DNA from: Gemmata obscuriglobus
GTDB lineage: Bacteria > Planctomycetota > Planctomycetia > Gemmatales > Gemmataceae
Reading direction: 5' to 3'
DNA length: 32,000 nt
NCBI RefSeq assembly: GCF_008065095.1
Contig: NZ_CP042911.1
Span: forward strand, 330,001-362,000
Positions 23,163-31,832 of this stretch are shown here, piece by piece. Position 1 is the stretch's first letter; each line of letters begins with the position of its first letter. A model generated the notes under the pieces. It was not told the DNA's origin and made no database searches. It saw only the letters and a program-made list of their open reading frames with translations. The position numbers and the translations under genes were made by a program.

Positions 23163-24377
23163 TCAGCTCTCGGGGTCGGGAGTGGGGGCGGGGCGGTTCA
23201 GTTCGTCCCGGTAACGATACACCTTCGCCACCGCCTCCGCCACTTGGCGGACGTCGGCCGGGGCGAGCGACAGGACCGGGTGGTGCAGCACCACGCACCG
23301 CGCGTGTGCGTCGGCGGCGTGGTCGAGGGCGCCGGCGGCGCGGAATCGCGACGGGGAGCGCCCCACGTGGAGCGCCTTGAAGCCGGCGTCGAACGCGACG
23401 CCCTCGGCGCGCAGCGCCTTGGCGAACAGTTCGCGCGACAGCCCGAAGGCGGCCGGGTCGTACTGGAGCCCGAGTTTGTAGAAGGCCGGGAGGTTCGGGC
23501 CGGCGCCCAGCGGCGCGAGGGGGGGGAAGGGCAGACCTACCCCCCCCGGACCGCTCCCTCCAGTGGCGCGAAGGGGGGGAGGGCTTTGGAACAGTTCCCG
23601 CACGCGCTTCGCGCGCCACGCCGTGGCCTCGTGCAGCTTCCGCAACTGTGGTCGGAGGGCCGCCGCTTGTAACTCGCTGAGCGGCGCGAGTTGCTGCACC
23701 CCGCGGTTCAGGTGCCCCTTCGCGCGCTGGAAAAGGGCTGGGTCCGCGAACAGCAACGCGCCGCCGCGCCCGGCGGTGAGCAGCTTCGAGCCGCCGAAGC
23801 TCAGCGTGCCGATGTCCCCCCAGGTGCCCGCCGGCCGCCCGTCGAGCACCGCGCCCGGCGCCTGCGCCGCGTCCTCGATCACCCCGACACCGCGGGGCCG
23901 GGCGAGGGCGAGCACGGCGGGCACGTTCACCAGTCCGCCGTGCAGGTGCGAGCAAAGGACCGCCTTCGTGAGAGGCGTGAGCGCGGCTTCGAGCTTCGTT
24001 TCGTCGAGCTGCCAGTTGTCCGGCCGCACGTCCACCAGCACCGGTTTCGCGCCGAGGGCGTGGACGGTCAGGAAGTTGGACTCGTAGTCGTAGGCGGCCA
24101 TCGCCACCTCGTCGCCCGGGCCGACCCGCAGCGCGCGGAGCCCCACCTCGACGGCTAGGGTGCCGGTGGCGCACGTCAGCGCGTGCGGGACGCCGTGGAA
24201 GGCGGCCAGCTCTGCTTCCAGTGCGCAGACGTGCTCGCCGCGGTACTGGCCCCACGCGCCCGACGCGACGGCGGCGTACAGTGCGGTCTGAACGTCCGGA
24301 TCTGGGAGCGGCCACGGCGGCGGCCCGTCGGGCCGAATGGGGGTACCGCCGAGCAGTGCGGGTAGTTCGGAACGCAT
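23163..24377 (-). CDS. DegT/DnrJ/EryC1/StrS-family PLP-dependent aminotransferase
   Basis: The translation contains LPALLGGTPIRP, HALTCATGTLAVEVGLRAL, GDEVAMAAYDYESN, GVIEDAAQAPGA and SFGGSKLLTAGRGGALL (candidate PLP lysine). I chose the ATG at 24377, because the extension to 24431 has atypical codons. The gene contains a low-complexity insertion. Confidence 0.85.
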   Translation of the reverse strand: MRSELPALLGGTPIRPDGPPPWPLPDPDVQTALYAAVASGAWGQYRGEHVCALEAELAAFHGVPHALTCATGTLAVEVGLRALRVGPGDEVAMAAYDYESNFLTVHALGAKPVLVDVRPDNWQLDETKLEAALTPLTKAVLCSHLHGGLVNVPAVLALARPRGVGVIEDAAQAPGAVLDGRPAGTWGDIGTLSFGGSKLLTAGRGGALLFADPALFQRAKGHLNRGVQQLAPLSELQAAALRPQLRKLHEATAWRAKRVRELFQSPPPLRATGGSGPGGVGLPFPPLAPLGAGPNLPAFYKLGLQYDPAAFGLSRELFAKALRAEGVAFDAGFKALHVGRSPSRFRAAGALDHAADAHARCVVLHHPVLSLAPADVRQVAEAVAKVYRYRDELNRPAPTPDPES

Positions 24378-24423
24378 GAGTTCAGGTATACTGGAACAGG
24401 TTCCGCGAACCGAAGGCGCGCCC

Positions 24424-25212
24424 GTGGCCACCGAAATTCATCCCCAGCCCGCCTGGGGCACCGCCCACAACCCCGACGTGCTGTTGAACCTGGTCTGGCC
24501 CCGCCCGCTGGCACACCAGGCGCAGACCGCGCTCCCGAGCCTGTCCCCGCCGCTGGTGCGGCGGCTGCGGCTGTACGGGGTCGCGTGCGCCCGGATGGTA
24601 TGGGATGTGCTACCCCCCGACGCGCGGAACGCGGTCCTGCTGTCCGAGCGGGCCGCCGACGACCCGGCGGCGGAGGCGGCCCTGCGGGCCGCGGCGGTGC
24701 GGATGAGCTACGGGCCGACCACCTTCCGGCAGCAGGCGACCAACGCGGCCGGGTGGGCGTCAGCCGGGCGGTTCGCCGCCCCGCCTCGGGCCACCGGGCC
24801 GCAGCGCCCCGTCTGGAACCCGGTGGAGGCGGCGCGCGAGGCCGCCAAGGCGCTCGCGACCCGCGCCGCCGGCCCCGCGCCGGCCGGCGGGAGCCCCGTC
24901 TCGAAGGCGTGGCAGGCGGCGTGGAACCGCGCGTTCTCGGCCGCCCGCGGGCACCAGGCGGAGCTGGTCCGCGACATCTTCCCGCCCCCGCAGTACGCGC
25001 GCCCGTTTTCGCCCGAGTGGCGGACCGACACCGTGACCGCCCTCGCCCGGCAGATGGACGGCAGCGGCGACTTCTCCGCCGTGCCCATTCTGGCCGACGC
25101 CCTGCAAGACGCCGGCTGCACGGACGAAGTGATGTTGGGGCGGTGCCGCGCGCCGTCCGGCGCCCACGGCCGCGGGAACTGGGTAGTGGATTCGGTACTG
25201 GGTCGGGAGTAG
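24424..25212 (+). CDS. Hypothetical protein, paralogue 1 of a tandem pair (C-terminal ADAL.DAGC...H.RG.W module)
   Basis: It shares N- and C-terminal blocks with the next gene: W.T....LL.LV / RRL.....A.ARR.WD.LP and F.P.WRTD.V.ALA......F...LADAL.DA.C.......CR......H.RG.W. I chose the GTG at 24424 by analogy with paralogue 2 and because GAAGG lies upstream; the ATG at 24376 is an alternative. Confidence 0.65.
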   Translation: MATEIHPQPAWGTAHNPDVLLNLVWPRPLAHQAQTALPSLSPPLVRRLRLYGVACARMVWDVLPPDARNAVLLSERAADDPAAEAALRAAAVRMSYGPTTFRQQATNAAGWASAGRFAAPPRATGPQRPVWNPVEAAREAAKALATRAAGPAPAGGSPVSKAWQAAWNRAFSAARGHQAELVRDIFPPPQYARPFSPEWRTDTVTALARQMDGSGDFSAVPILADALQDAGCTDEVMLGRCRAPSGAHGRGNWVVDSVLGRE

Positions 25213-25247
25213 GTTAACAGCCCGCGAGCCGTCAGGTTCCCACCGAT

Positions 25248-26351
25248 ATGAATGAAACAAGCTGGCAGACCGGCGCCGACGGCGAAGAGATGCTGGAGTT
25301 CGTCGCCGACCGGCTGTCGCCCCGCCAATGGCTGCTGGCGTCGGCGGCGTACGCCCGCCGGCTCTGGGACGCGCTGCCCGACGGCCCGCTCCGTCAGGCC
25401 ATCGACGCCGCCGAACTCGCACTCGAACCTCTGAGCGCGAAAGAGCGCAACACGTGGCTCAAGAAGATCGACGCCGCGGTACCCGACGCCGTGAGCCGCG
25501 CGCAGGCGATCCAGCACGCGATCGTGAAGCCCGCCGACCCGGACGCCGCCACGGTCGCGGACCCGGTGCTGAGCAAGCCGAACCAGGCGGCGCCGTCGTT
25601 CCCACTGTTCCAGGCGGCCAGCCGGCACGCCGCGAACGCGATCGAGGGCATCGGCGAGGCGGTGACCGAGGCCGCCGCGGCGGTGCGCGTGCTGTTCGAG
25701 GAGCCTGGCGCCGAGATGCTGGAATCGATCCGACCGCTCGTCGAGCAGGCCGCCGCCACCCGCACCCGGGCCAACACGTCGGCGAACAACGCCCTGCGGC
25801 TGAAGGGCGAGGGCGACGAGCACGCGGACCGGTCCGCGGGGGTGAAGAACAAGGGCCGGGCGGAGGCCGAGGCGCTCGAGATCGTGCGCAAACTGGAAGA
25901 GGGCAAGGGGAAGAGTCAGGACGACGAACTCGAGTCCGAGATGAAGCGCGAGCGGGCCGCGGCGAAGCAGCTCGCGCGGGTGCTGCGCGAGATCGTGGGC
26001 AACGCGTTCAAGCCGCCGCGGTTCGAGCCCGCCTGGCGCACGGATGAGGTGGCAGCGCTGGCGCAGACGATTTACGAGGAGCGGGCCTTCGAGCGGATGG
26101 TGGCGCTGGCCGACGCGCTCCTGGACGCCGACTGCGACGAGGAGGCGATCCTCCGCCACTGCCGCGGCACGGAGGTCGGGGTGAAGGAGCCGCCCCAGCA
26201 CCTCCGCGGGTGCTGGGTGCTGGAGCTGATCCTGGGCCGCTACGCCCCGTTGCCCGCGCCGAAGCCGGGCAAGAAGCCCAAACCGAAGCGAGACCCGTTC
26301 GACGACTTCTTCGACCTGAAGTCGCTCCGCGGTAAAGACCCGTTCGCGTGA
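25248..26351 (+). CDS. Hypothetical protein, paralogue 2 of the tandem pair, with a charged coiled-coil-like insert and a Lys/Pro-rich tail
   Basis: The translation contains MNETSWQTGADGEEMLEFVADRLSPRQWLLASAAYARRLWDALPDGPLRQAI... and FKPPRFEPAWRTDEVAALAQTIYEERAFERMVALADALLDADCDEEAILRHCRG...HLRGCWVLELILGR. Confidence 0.7.
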   Translation: MNETSWQTGADGEEMLEFVADRLSPRQWLLASAAYARRLWDALPDGPLRQAIDAAELALEPLSAKERNTWLKKIDAAVPDAVSRAQAIQHAIVKPADPDAATVADPVLSKPNQAAPSFPLFQAASRHAANAIEGIGEAVTEAAAAVRVLFEEPGAEMLESIRPLVEQAAATRTRANTSANNALRLKGEGDEHADRSAGVKNKGRAEAEALEIVRKLEEGKGKSQDDELESEMKRERAAAKQLARVLREIVGNAFKPPRFEPAWRTDEVAALAQTIYEERAFERMVALADALLDADCDEEAILRHCRGTEVGVKEPPQHLRGCWVLELILGRYAPLPAPKPGKKPKPKRDPFDDFFDLKSLRGKDPFA

Positions 26352-26386
26352 CGCCCGAACCGGTCGGCCGCGGCGGGCGTCACGCG
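26345..26386. terminator. Bidirectional terminator-like hairpin between convergent genes (13-bp perfect stem)
   Basis: CGCGTGACGCCCG (26345-26357) is the exact reverse complement of CGGGCGTCACGCG (26374-26386), with a 16-nt loop. It covers the stop codon of the plus-strand gene and abuts the stop codon of the minus-strand gene. Confidence 0.55.
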
Positions 26387-26692
26387 TCAGGCGCGTTCGA
26401 TTTTGGTGTTCTCGTCGATGCTGATGGACGCGAGTTCGCCGTTCGGCTTGGTGAACCGCACCACCGGAACCACGAGATCGTCTTCCTTCACGCGCTCGGT
26501 GGTGATGCCGGTTTGCAGGTACGCCAGCCCGCGGAACTCGCCGCCGGCCTCCGCGGCCCACTTCTTCGCGCCGACGCGGACGGTCTGCGTCACCTTGATC
26601 TTGTCGCCCGGCTGCAGCGCGCGGAGCAACTCGACCACCGCCGGGTCGAGCCGGCGGGTCGGGAGGACGATCTTCTCGGGTGCGGTGCTCAT
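26387..26692 (-). CDS. Hypothetical 101-aa protein downstream of ilvN
   Basis: The translation is MSTAPEKIVLPTRRLDPAVVELLRALQPGDKIKVTQTVRVGAKKW...VVRFTKPNGELASISIDENTKIE. Its composition is coding-like, and it starts 59 nt after the ilvN stop codon. The rest of the 371-aa track ORF is an Arg/Pro-rich read-through overlapping ilvN in another frame. Confidence 0.6.
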   Translation of the reverse strand: MSTAPEKIVLPTRRLDPAVVELLRALQPGDKIKVTQTVRVGAKKWAAEAGGEFRGLAYLQTGITTERVKEDDLVVPVVRFTKPNGELASISIDENTKIERA

Positions 26693-26751
26693 TTCGTGCG
26701 GGTCCCAAGTCGGAAAGTCACGATCGCAACGCCGATCGGTCGGCCGCGGGC

Positions 26752-27258
26752 TCAGGTCCCTTCCGCCGCGACGGGCGGCTTCGCCTCGCCCCGGACCAGC
26801 GCGATGCGCCCGGTGCGGGCCAGGTCGAGGATGCCGTAGGGGCGCATCAGTTCGATGAACGCCTCGACCTTCCCCTCGGTGCCGCTGATCTCGATCAGCA
26901 CGTTGTTGTGCTGGATGTCCACCACCCGGCCGCGGAAGCTCTCGGCGAGCTGGAACACTTCCGGGCGCTGCGGCGAGGCGCACTTCACCTTGATCAGCAT
27001 CAGGTCGCGCTCGACGAAGTTCTCCGAGCTGATGTCGTCGACGCGGACGACGGTGACGATCTTGTCGAGCTGCTTCCGCACCTGATCGAGCACCTGGTCG
27101 TCGCCGTGAACGACGAACGTCATGCGCGACAGGTTGTGCGTCTCGGTCTCGCCGACGGCGAGGCTGTCGATGTTGAACCCGCGCGAGTGGAGCATCCCGG
27201 CGACGGTCGCCAGAACGCCCGGTTGGTTCTGCACCAGAGCGGAAAGCACGTGCCGCAT
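26752..27258 (-). CDS. ilvN: Acetolactate synthase small (regulatory) subunit
   Basis: The ACT domain is [39 protein letters not shown]...SRMTFVV. The C-terminal domain is ERDLMLIKV...GRVVDI....[34 protein letters not shown]. Confidence 0.9.
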   Translation of the reverse strand: MRHVLSALVQNQPGVLATVAGMLHSRGFNIDSLAVGETETHNLSRMTFVVHGDDQVLDQVRKQLDKIVTVVRVDDISSENFVERDLMLIKVKCASPQRPEVFQLAESFRGRVVDIQHNNVLIEISGTEGKVEAFIELMRPYGILDLARTGRIALVRGEAKPPVAAEGT

Positions 27259-27748
27259 GGATCAAACGCCCCCCGGAGAGAAAACCGTTGCGGAGATGAT
27301 GATACGGAGCGGGCGGGTCGGAACCTACCCCCCACTTCGCCGAGCCGGTGTCGGGAGGCCGCATCCGCCCCGCACTCGTCACCCGAACGGCAGGCGGCGC
27401 CGGATCGGACGCGCGCCCGCATATGAGATGCCTGTTCGAGTGTCTTTGGGGGCCGCACAAAAATTTACCAGGTGTCAAACGATAAGAGTGATGCGGCGGC
27501 ACTCGAAAAGCCCAACGTGTGGGCTGAAGCGGGAGAATGCGTGTCAGGTATTCTCCGCATTCCGCTCCGTTTTGCGCCTCTCACCCGCAGCGCTCCTAGT
27601 TGTTCGGATGCTAGGTTTGCTCGCCGGCGATGTGCCGGCTGGCCGCATCGAAGTTGGGGTGCCGCCGGCTCGGTTGCGCCGCGGCTCCGACGAAACGACT
27701 CGTCACGCACCGCTTTTGCTCGACGCGAAAGGCCCAGAGGCTCCGCCC

Positions 27749-29968
27749 ATGTCCAGTTCTCACCGCGGGATGCTCAACAGCATTAGCATCAGTCACTTGC
27801 TCGTCGGCGGGCTCCTGCTGCTTGCTGCCATCTGCCTGGTGGAGGGTGTGTGCGGTCTGACGGTCGCGAGCGACATCAACAAATCGCAAGAGAGTTCCAA
27901 CAACGACCTGATACCGTCGATCTGCGCGCTAACCGACGCGCGGGGCAAAGGGGTCAACAACGTTCAGCGGACCGAGCGGACCCTGATCATGGCGACCCGG
28001 AGCAAGAACGAGCCCGTCCAGCGCCAGGCCCGACAGGACCTGGAGCGGGCGTGGAAGGACCTCCAGACCGCCATGACGTGGTACGAGTCGCTCCCGATGA
28101 CCGACCGGGAGCGGCAGCTCTGGGGCGACTTCCGCACCGGCCTGGAGGAGTTCCGCCGGCACTACAGTGCGACCCTGGACGCGCTGGGCGCCGGCGACGT
28201 GGATCGCGCGGAGGCCCTGTGCCTCGACCCCGCGCCCGGGGTGCGGCTGAACAACTCGCTGAACGAGTTAATTGACGTTCACTACGGCGCCGCCAAGGAG
28301 CACACCGTTCGTGCGCGCGAGCAGTATCAAGCGGCCCGGAGCCAGCTCCTCACCGCCGCCGCCGTTGCGGTCCTCGTCGCGCTCGGGATGGCGGCCTTCT
28401 TCCACCACCAAATCGTTCCCCCGCTGGCCGCCAACGTGCGCGTCTTGCGGGCTGTGGCCGCGGGCGACTACAGCCAGCGGGCGCCGGTGACGGGGGGCAA
28501 CGAGTTCGGCCAGATGGCCGCCGCCCTGAACGCCGCCTGCGACACCCTGCACGCGAACATGACGCGGATGGCCCAGCTCGGCGCGCTGGTGGAGCAGTCA
28601 CCGCTCAACGTGCTGTTCGCCGACCGGGACTGCACGATCCGGTACGCGAACCGGGCCACGGTGCAGACGCTCCGGCGGCTGGAGCAGTACCTGCCGGTCA
28701 AGGCGGACGAGATGGTCGGCAAGTCGATCGACATCTTCCACAAGCGCCCCGAGCACCAGCGGCGGCTCCTGGCCGACCCGAGCACGGTCCCGCCGAAGAC
28801 GCTCATCCAGGTCGGCCCCGAAACGCTCGAGCTCTGCGTCAGCCCGGTCTTCGACCAGGACCGAACGCACCTGGGGACGATGGTCTCCTGGTCGATCGTG
28901 ACCGAGCGGCTCGCGCTGGAAAAGCAGGTGAGAGACAACGCCGAGCGGGAGCACGCGGCGGCGGCCGAGCTGGAGCACAAGATGAGTTCGATCATGGCCG
29001 TCGTCAGCGCGCTGGCGGACGGCAACTTCACGTCGTCGGTGCCGGACCTGGGGACCGACGACGTGGGCCGGATGGCTCAGGAACTGAACAAGGCGATCGT
29101 GTCCGTGCGGACCGCCCTGGAGGGGGTGCGGGAGGTGGCCGAGCAACTCGCCGACGCGTCCGGGCAGTTGTCCGCGGCGAGCGAAGAGATCTCCACCGGC
29201 GCCCAGGAGCAGGCGAGCAGCCTCGAAGAGACGGCGTCCACCCTGCAGGAGATCACGTCCACCGTGCGGCAGAGCGCGGACAGCGCGCAGCAGGCCCGGC
29301 AGTTGGCGAGCGGGTCCAAGGAGGTGGCCGAGAAGGGCGGGAGCGTGGTGAGCAGCGCGGTGGACGCCATGGGCGAGATCAACGAGTCGAGCAAGAAGAT
29401 CGCGGAGATCATCACGACCATCGACGAGATCGCGTTCCAGACCAACCTGCTGGCCCTGAACGCGGCGGTGGAGGCGGCCCGGGCCGGGGAGCAGGGGCGC
29501 GGGTTCGCGGTGGTGGCCACCGAGGTCCGCAACCTGGCCCAGCGCTCGGCCACCGCCGCCAAGGAGATCAAGAGCCTGATCAACGACAGCGTGAAGAAGG
29601 TGGACGCGGGCACCGAGCTCGTCAACAAGTCCGGCGACACACTGGCCGAGATCGTCACCAGCGTCAAGCGGGTCACCGACATCGTCACCGAAATCGCGTC
29701 CGCGAGCCGCGAGCAATCGACGGGCATCGAGCAGGTGAACAAGGCGGTGGCCCAGATGGACACCGTCACCCAGCGGAACGCGTCGCAGACCGAGGAGATG
29801 AGCGCCACCGCCCAGACCCTCACCGATCAGGCCGGTCAGCTCCAGGACCTGGTGTCCCGGTTCACGCTCGACGGCGCGCCGGGTGCGGGCCGACCTTCGG
29901 CCCCCGCCGCGCGGTCCCGGACGGCACCGGCGCGCAAGAACGGCCGCCCGGCGGTTCACCGCCGTTAG
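27749..29968 (+). CDS. Methyl-accepting chemotaxis protein (TM - 4-helix-bundle sensor - TM - HAMP - PAS - HAMP-like - MA domain)
   Basis: The conserved signalling hairpin is [41 protein letters not shown]. The two TM helices are [18 protein letters not shown] and [19 protein letters not shown]. The PAS-like stretch is [25 protein letters not shown] chose the ATG at 27749, and the upstream part of the 948-aa track ORF was rejected. Confidence 0.9.
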   Translation: MSSSHRGMLNSISISHLLVGGLLLLAAICLVEGVCGLTVASDINKSQESSNNDLIPSICALTDARGKGVNNVQRTERTLIMATRSKNEPVQRQARQDLERAWKDLQTAMTWYESLPMTDRERQLWGDFRTGLEEFRRHYSATLDALGAGDVDRAEALCLDPAPGVRLNNSLNELIDVHYGAAKEHTVRAREQYQAARSQLLTAAAVAVLVALGMAAFFHHQIVPPLAANVRVLRAVAAGDYSQRAPVTGGNEFGQMAAALNAACDTLHANMTRMAQLGALVEQSPLNVLFADRDCTIRYANRATVQTLRRLEQYLPVKADEMVGKSIDIFHKRPEHQRRLLADPSTVPPKTLIQVGPETLELCVSPVFDQDRTHLGTMVSWSIVTERLALEKQVRDNAEREHAAAAELEHKMSSIMAVVSALADGNFTSSVPDLGTDDVGRMAQELNKAIVSVRTALEGVREVAEQLADASGQLSAASEEISTGAQEQASSLEETASTLQEITSTVRQSADSAQQARQLASGSKEVAEKGGSVVSSAVDAMGEINESSKKIAEIITTIDEIAFQTNLLALNAAVEAARAGEQGRGFAVVATEVRNLAQRSATAAKEIKSLINDSVKKVDAGTELVNKSGDTLAEIVTSVKRVTDIVTEIASASREQSTGIEQVNKAVAQMDTVTQRNASQTEEMSATAQTLTDQAGQLQDLVSRFTLDGAPGAGRPSAPAARSRTAPARKNGRPAVHRR

Positions 29969-30413
29969 AGTAGCCTCGGCGGGTTTGCCGAGTTCTGGCT
30001 GTGTTCGTTTCTTGTGGCACAGACACTCTTCAGCAGTTGCCACGGTGGTTGAGCGGCGCGGTTTCGGTGACAATGGGTTGTGCTGCCAACCCATTGAGCG
30101 GAGTTCGCCATGCGCCGTTCCCGATGTACCGCCGTCGCGGTGCGGAGCCAACACGCCTGGGCGGGGCGTTGGCCGACGTGCTGCACCGGACCGACGGCCC
30201 GTCGGTGACCCGGGTGGCGGTGGCCCGGTGCCGGGTCATCGGCACACACTGGGGCTCACCGGGATGCGCCCCGGCGACACATCCGACACCCGGTGTACCG
30301 GCTGCTGTTGGTCAGGGTGAGCCTGCGGATCCGCGCGTGGTGGATGACCGGAGGCACCGGTGCACGCGCCACCACCTGCTGGGACCCCATCACCAGAACC
30401 ACGCGACCCGGCG

Positions 30414-31832
30414 TCACTTCGCGTCGGTCGAGCCGAGTTCCTTGCGCAGCGCCGCCATCTTCTCCTGAAGCTCCTTCACCGTCCCCTGGAACGCCGGCCG
30501 GTTCGCGAGGTTCACCCGCTCCTCGGGGTCTTTCTCCAGGTCGTACAACTCGTAAGCGTCTTTGAACTTGAACGGCGGGTCGTAGTAGTGGATCAGCTTC
30601 CACTTCGTGGTGCGGACGCCGCGCTGCTTCTCCACGTTGTGCGACGGGTCCGGGAACTCGAAGTACTCGTAGTACCAGGCCTCGCGCGGGGCCATTTCCG
30701 GCGGCAGCGGTCCCGCCGGGGGCAGGCGCGCGAACGGTAAGACGCTCCGCCCCTGCATCGCCTTCGGCGGCGCCCCGCCCGCCAACTCCAGCACCGTCGG
30801 CGCGATGTCGGGGTTGATGACCATCGCACCCGGCTGTGAGCCGGGCGGCACGCAGTCCTTCGCCAGCGCCTTGGGGACCTTTAACAGCAGCGGGACGCGG
30901 ACCGACGGCTCGTGCATGAACCGCTTGTCGAACCGCTGCCACTCGCCCAGGAAGAAGCCGTTGTCGGACGTGTACATCACCGCGGTGGTGTCCGCGATCT
31001 TCTGCTCGTCCAGCGTGTTCAGCACCTTGCCGACGTTGTCGTCCACGCCGGTGATGCACCGCGCGTAGTCGCGGATCATGCCGTCGTAGTCCTTGGTGTC
31101 CGGGTACTGCCCGATCATGTTGGCGGCCTGGAGGAACGCCCGCGGCTTGCCTTGCCCGGGGTCGTCCCAGAGGGCCGGCTTTTTCACCGCCGCGCCGGCG
31201 TACAGGTCCTTGTGCCGCGCCGCCGGCTGCCACGCCCGGTGCGGCGATTTGAAGAACAGGAACAGCGCGAACGGCTTGGCGCGGGGCTTCTTCACCCACG
31301 CGAGCGCCTTGTCGGTGACCACGTCGTCGATCCAGCCGTCGTAAGGTTTGTCGGGGCCGATCTTCCCGTCCGGCCCGCTCTCCGCGATCAGGGGCTTCAG
31401 GTAGTTGCCCTGCCCCTGGAAGCCGAAGTAGTAGTCCCACGTCTTGTCGCGGAAGTGACCCGGAACGTGTGACTTCCCGCAGAACGCCACCTCGTACCCG
31501 AGCTTCCGCAGCTCGTCGGGGAGCCACGGGGCGTTGGGGTTGAGCGTCGTGCCCATGTTGTCGCGGACGCCGTTGAGGTGCGAATACTGACCGGTCATCA
31601 GGGTCGCACGGCTCGGGGCGCACAGCGCGTTCGTCACGAACGCGTTCGTGTAGCGAAAGCCCTCCTTCGCGATCCGGTCCATGTTGGGCGTTTTCAGGAA
31701 CGGGTGCCCGGCGCACGACATGTAGTCGTGCCGCTGGTCGTCGGTCATCATGACGACGATGTTCGGCCGGTCGGCCGCGAGCGCGGGTGCCGCAAGCACC
31801 ACGAGCGCGAGTGCGGGCAGGATCGAGCGCAT
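30414..31832 (-). CDS. Formylglycine-dependent sulfatase
   Basis: The signal peptide is MRSILPALALVVLAAPALA. The catalytic-region stretch is RPNIVVMMTDDQRHD, and the sulfatase signature CAPSRATLMTG carries the C-x-P-x-R FGly motif. Confidence 0.9.
   Translation of the reverse strand: MRSILPALALVVLAAPALAADRPNIVVMMTDDQRHDYMSCAGHPFLKTPNMDRIAKEGFRYTNAFVTNALCAPSRATLMTGQYSHLNGVRDNMGTTLNPNAPWLPDELRKLGYEVAFCGKSHVPGHFRDKTWDYYFGFQGQGNYLKPLIAESGPDGKIGPDKPYDGWIDDVVTDKALAWVKKPRAKPFALFLFFKSPHRAWQPAARHKDLYAGAAVKKPALWDDPGQGKPRAFLQAANMIGQYPDTKDYDGMIRDYARCITGVDDNVGKVLNTLDEQKIADTTAVMYTSDNGFFLGEWQRFDKRFMHEPSVRVPLLLKVPKALAKDCVPPGSQPGAMVINPDIAPTVLELAGGAPPKAMQGRSVLPFARLPPAGPLPPEMAPREAWYYEYFEFPDPSHNVEKQRGVRTTKWKLIHYYDPPFKFKDAYELYDLEKDPEERVNLANRPAFQGTVKELQEKMAALRKELGSTDAK

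Noticed and set aside
21344-23672. 678-aa and 491-aa plus-strand ORFs
   Set aside because: They are antisense to the thioredoxin-like and DegT-type genes. Their translations are low-complexity Arg/Gly/Leu or Ser/Ala-rich sequence.
24708-26708. 666-aa minus-strand ORF
   Set aside because: It is antisense to the two tandem paralogues, whose mutual similarity supports the plus-strand frames. Its translation is Arg/Gly/Pro-rich.
26693-27748. N-terminal extensions of track ORFs 26387-27502 (minus strand) and 27122-29968 (plus strand)
   Set aside because: The extensions overlap ilvN in other frames or run through the non-coding divergent region. They are Arg/Pro-rich. Internal ATGs at 26692 and 27749 give proteins that begin where recognisable sequence begins.
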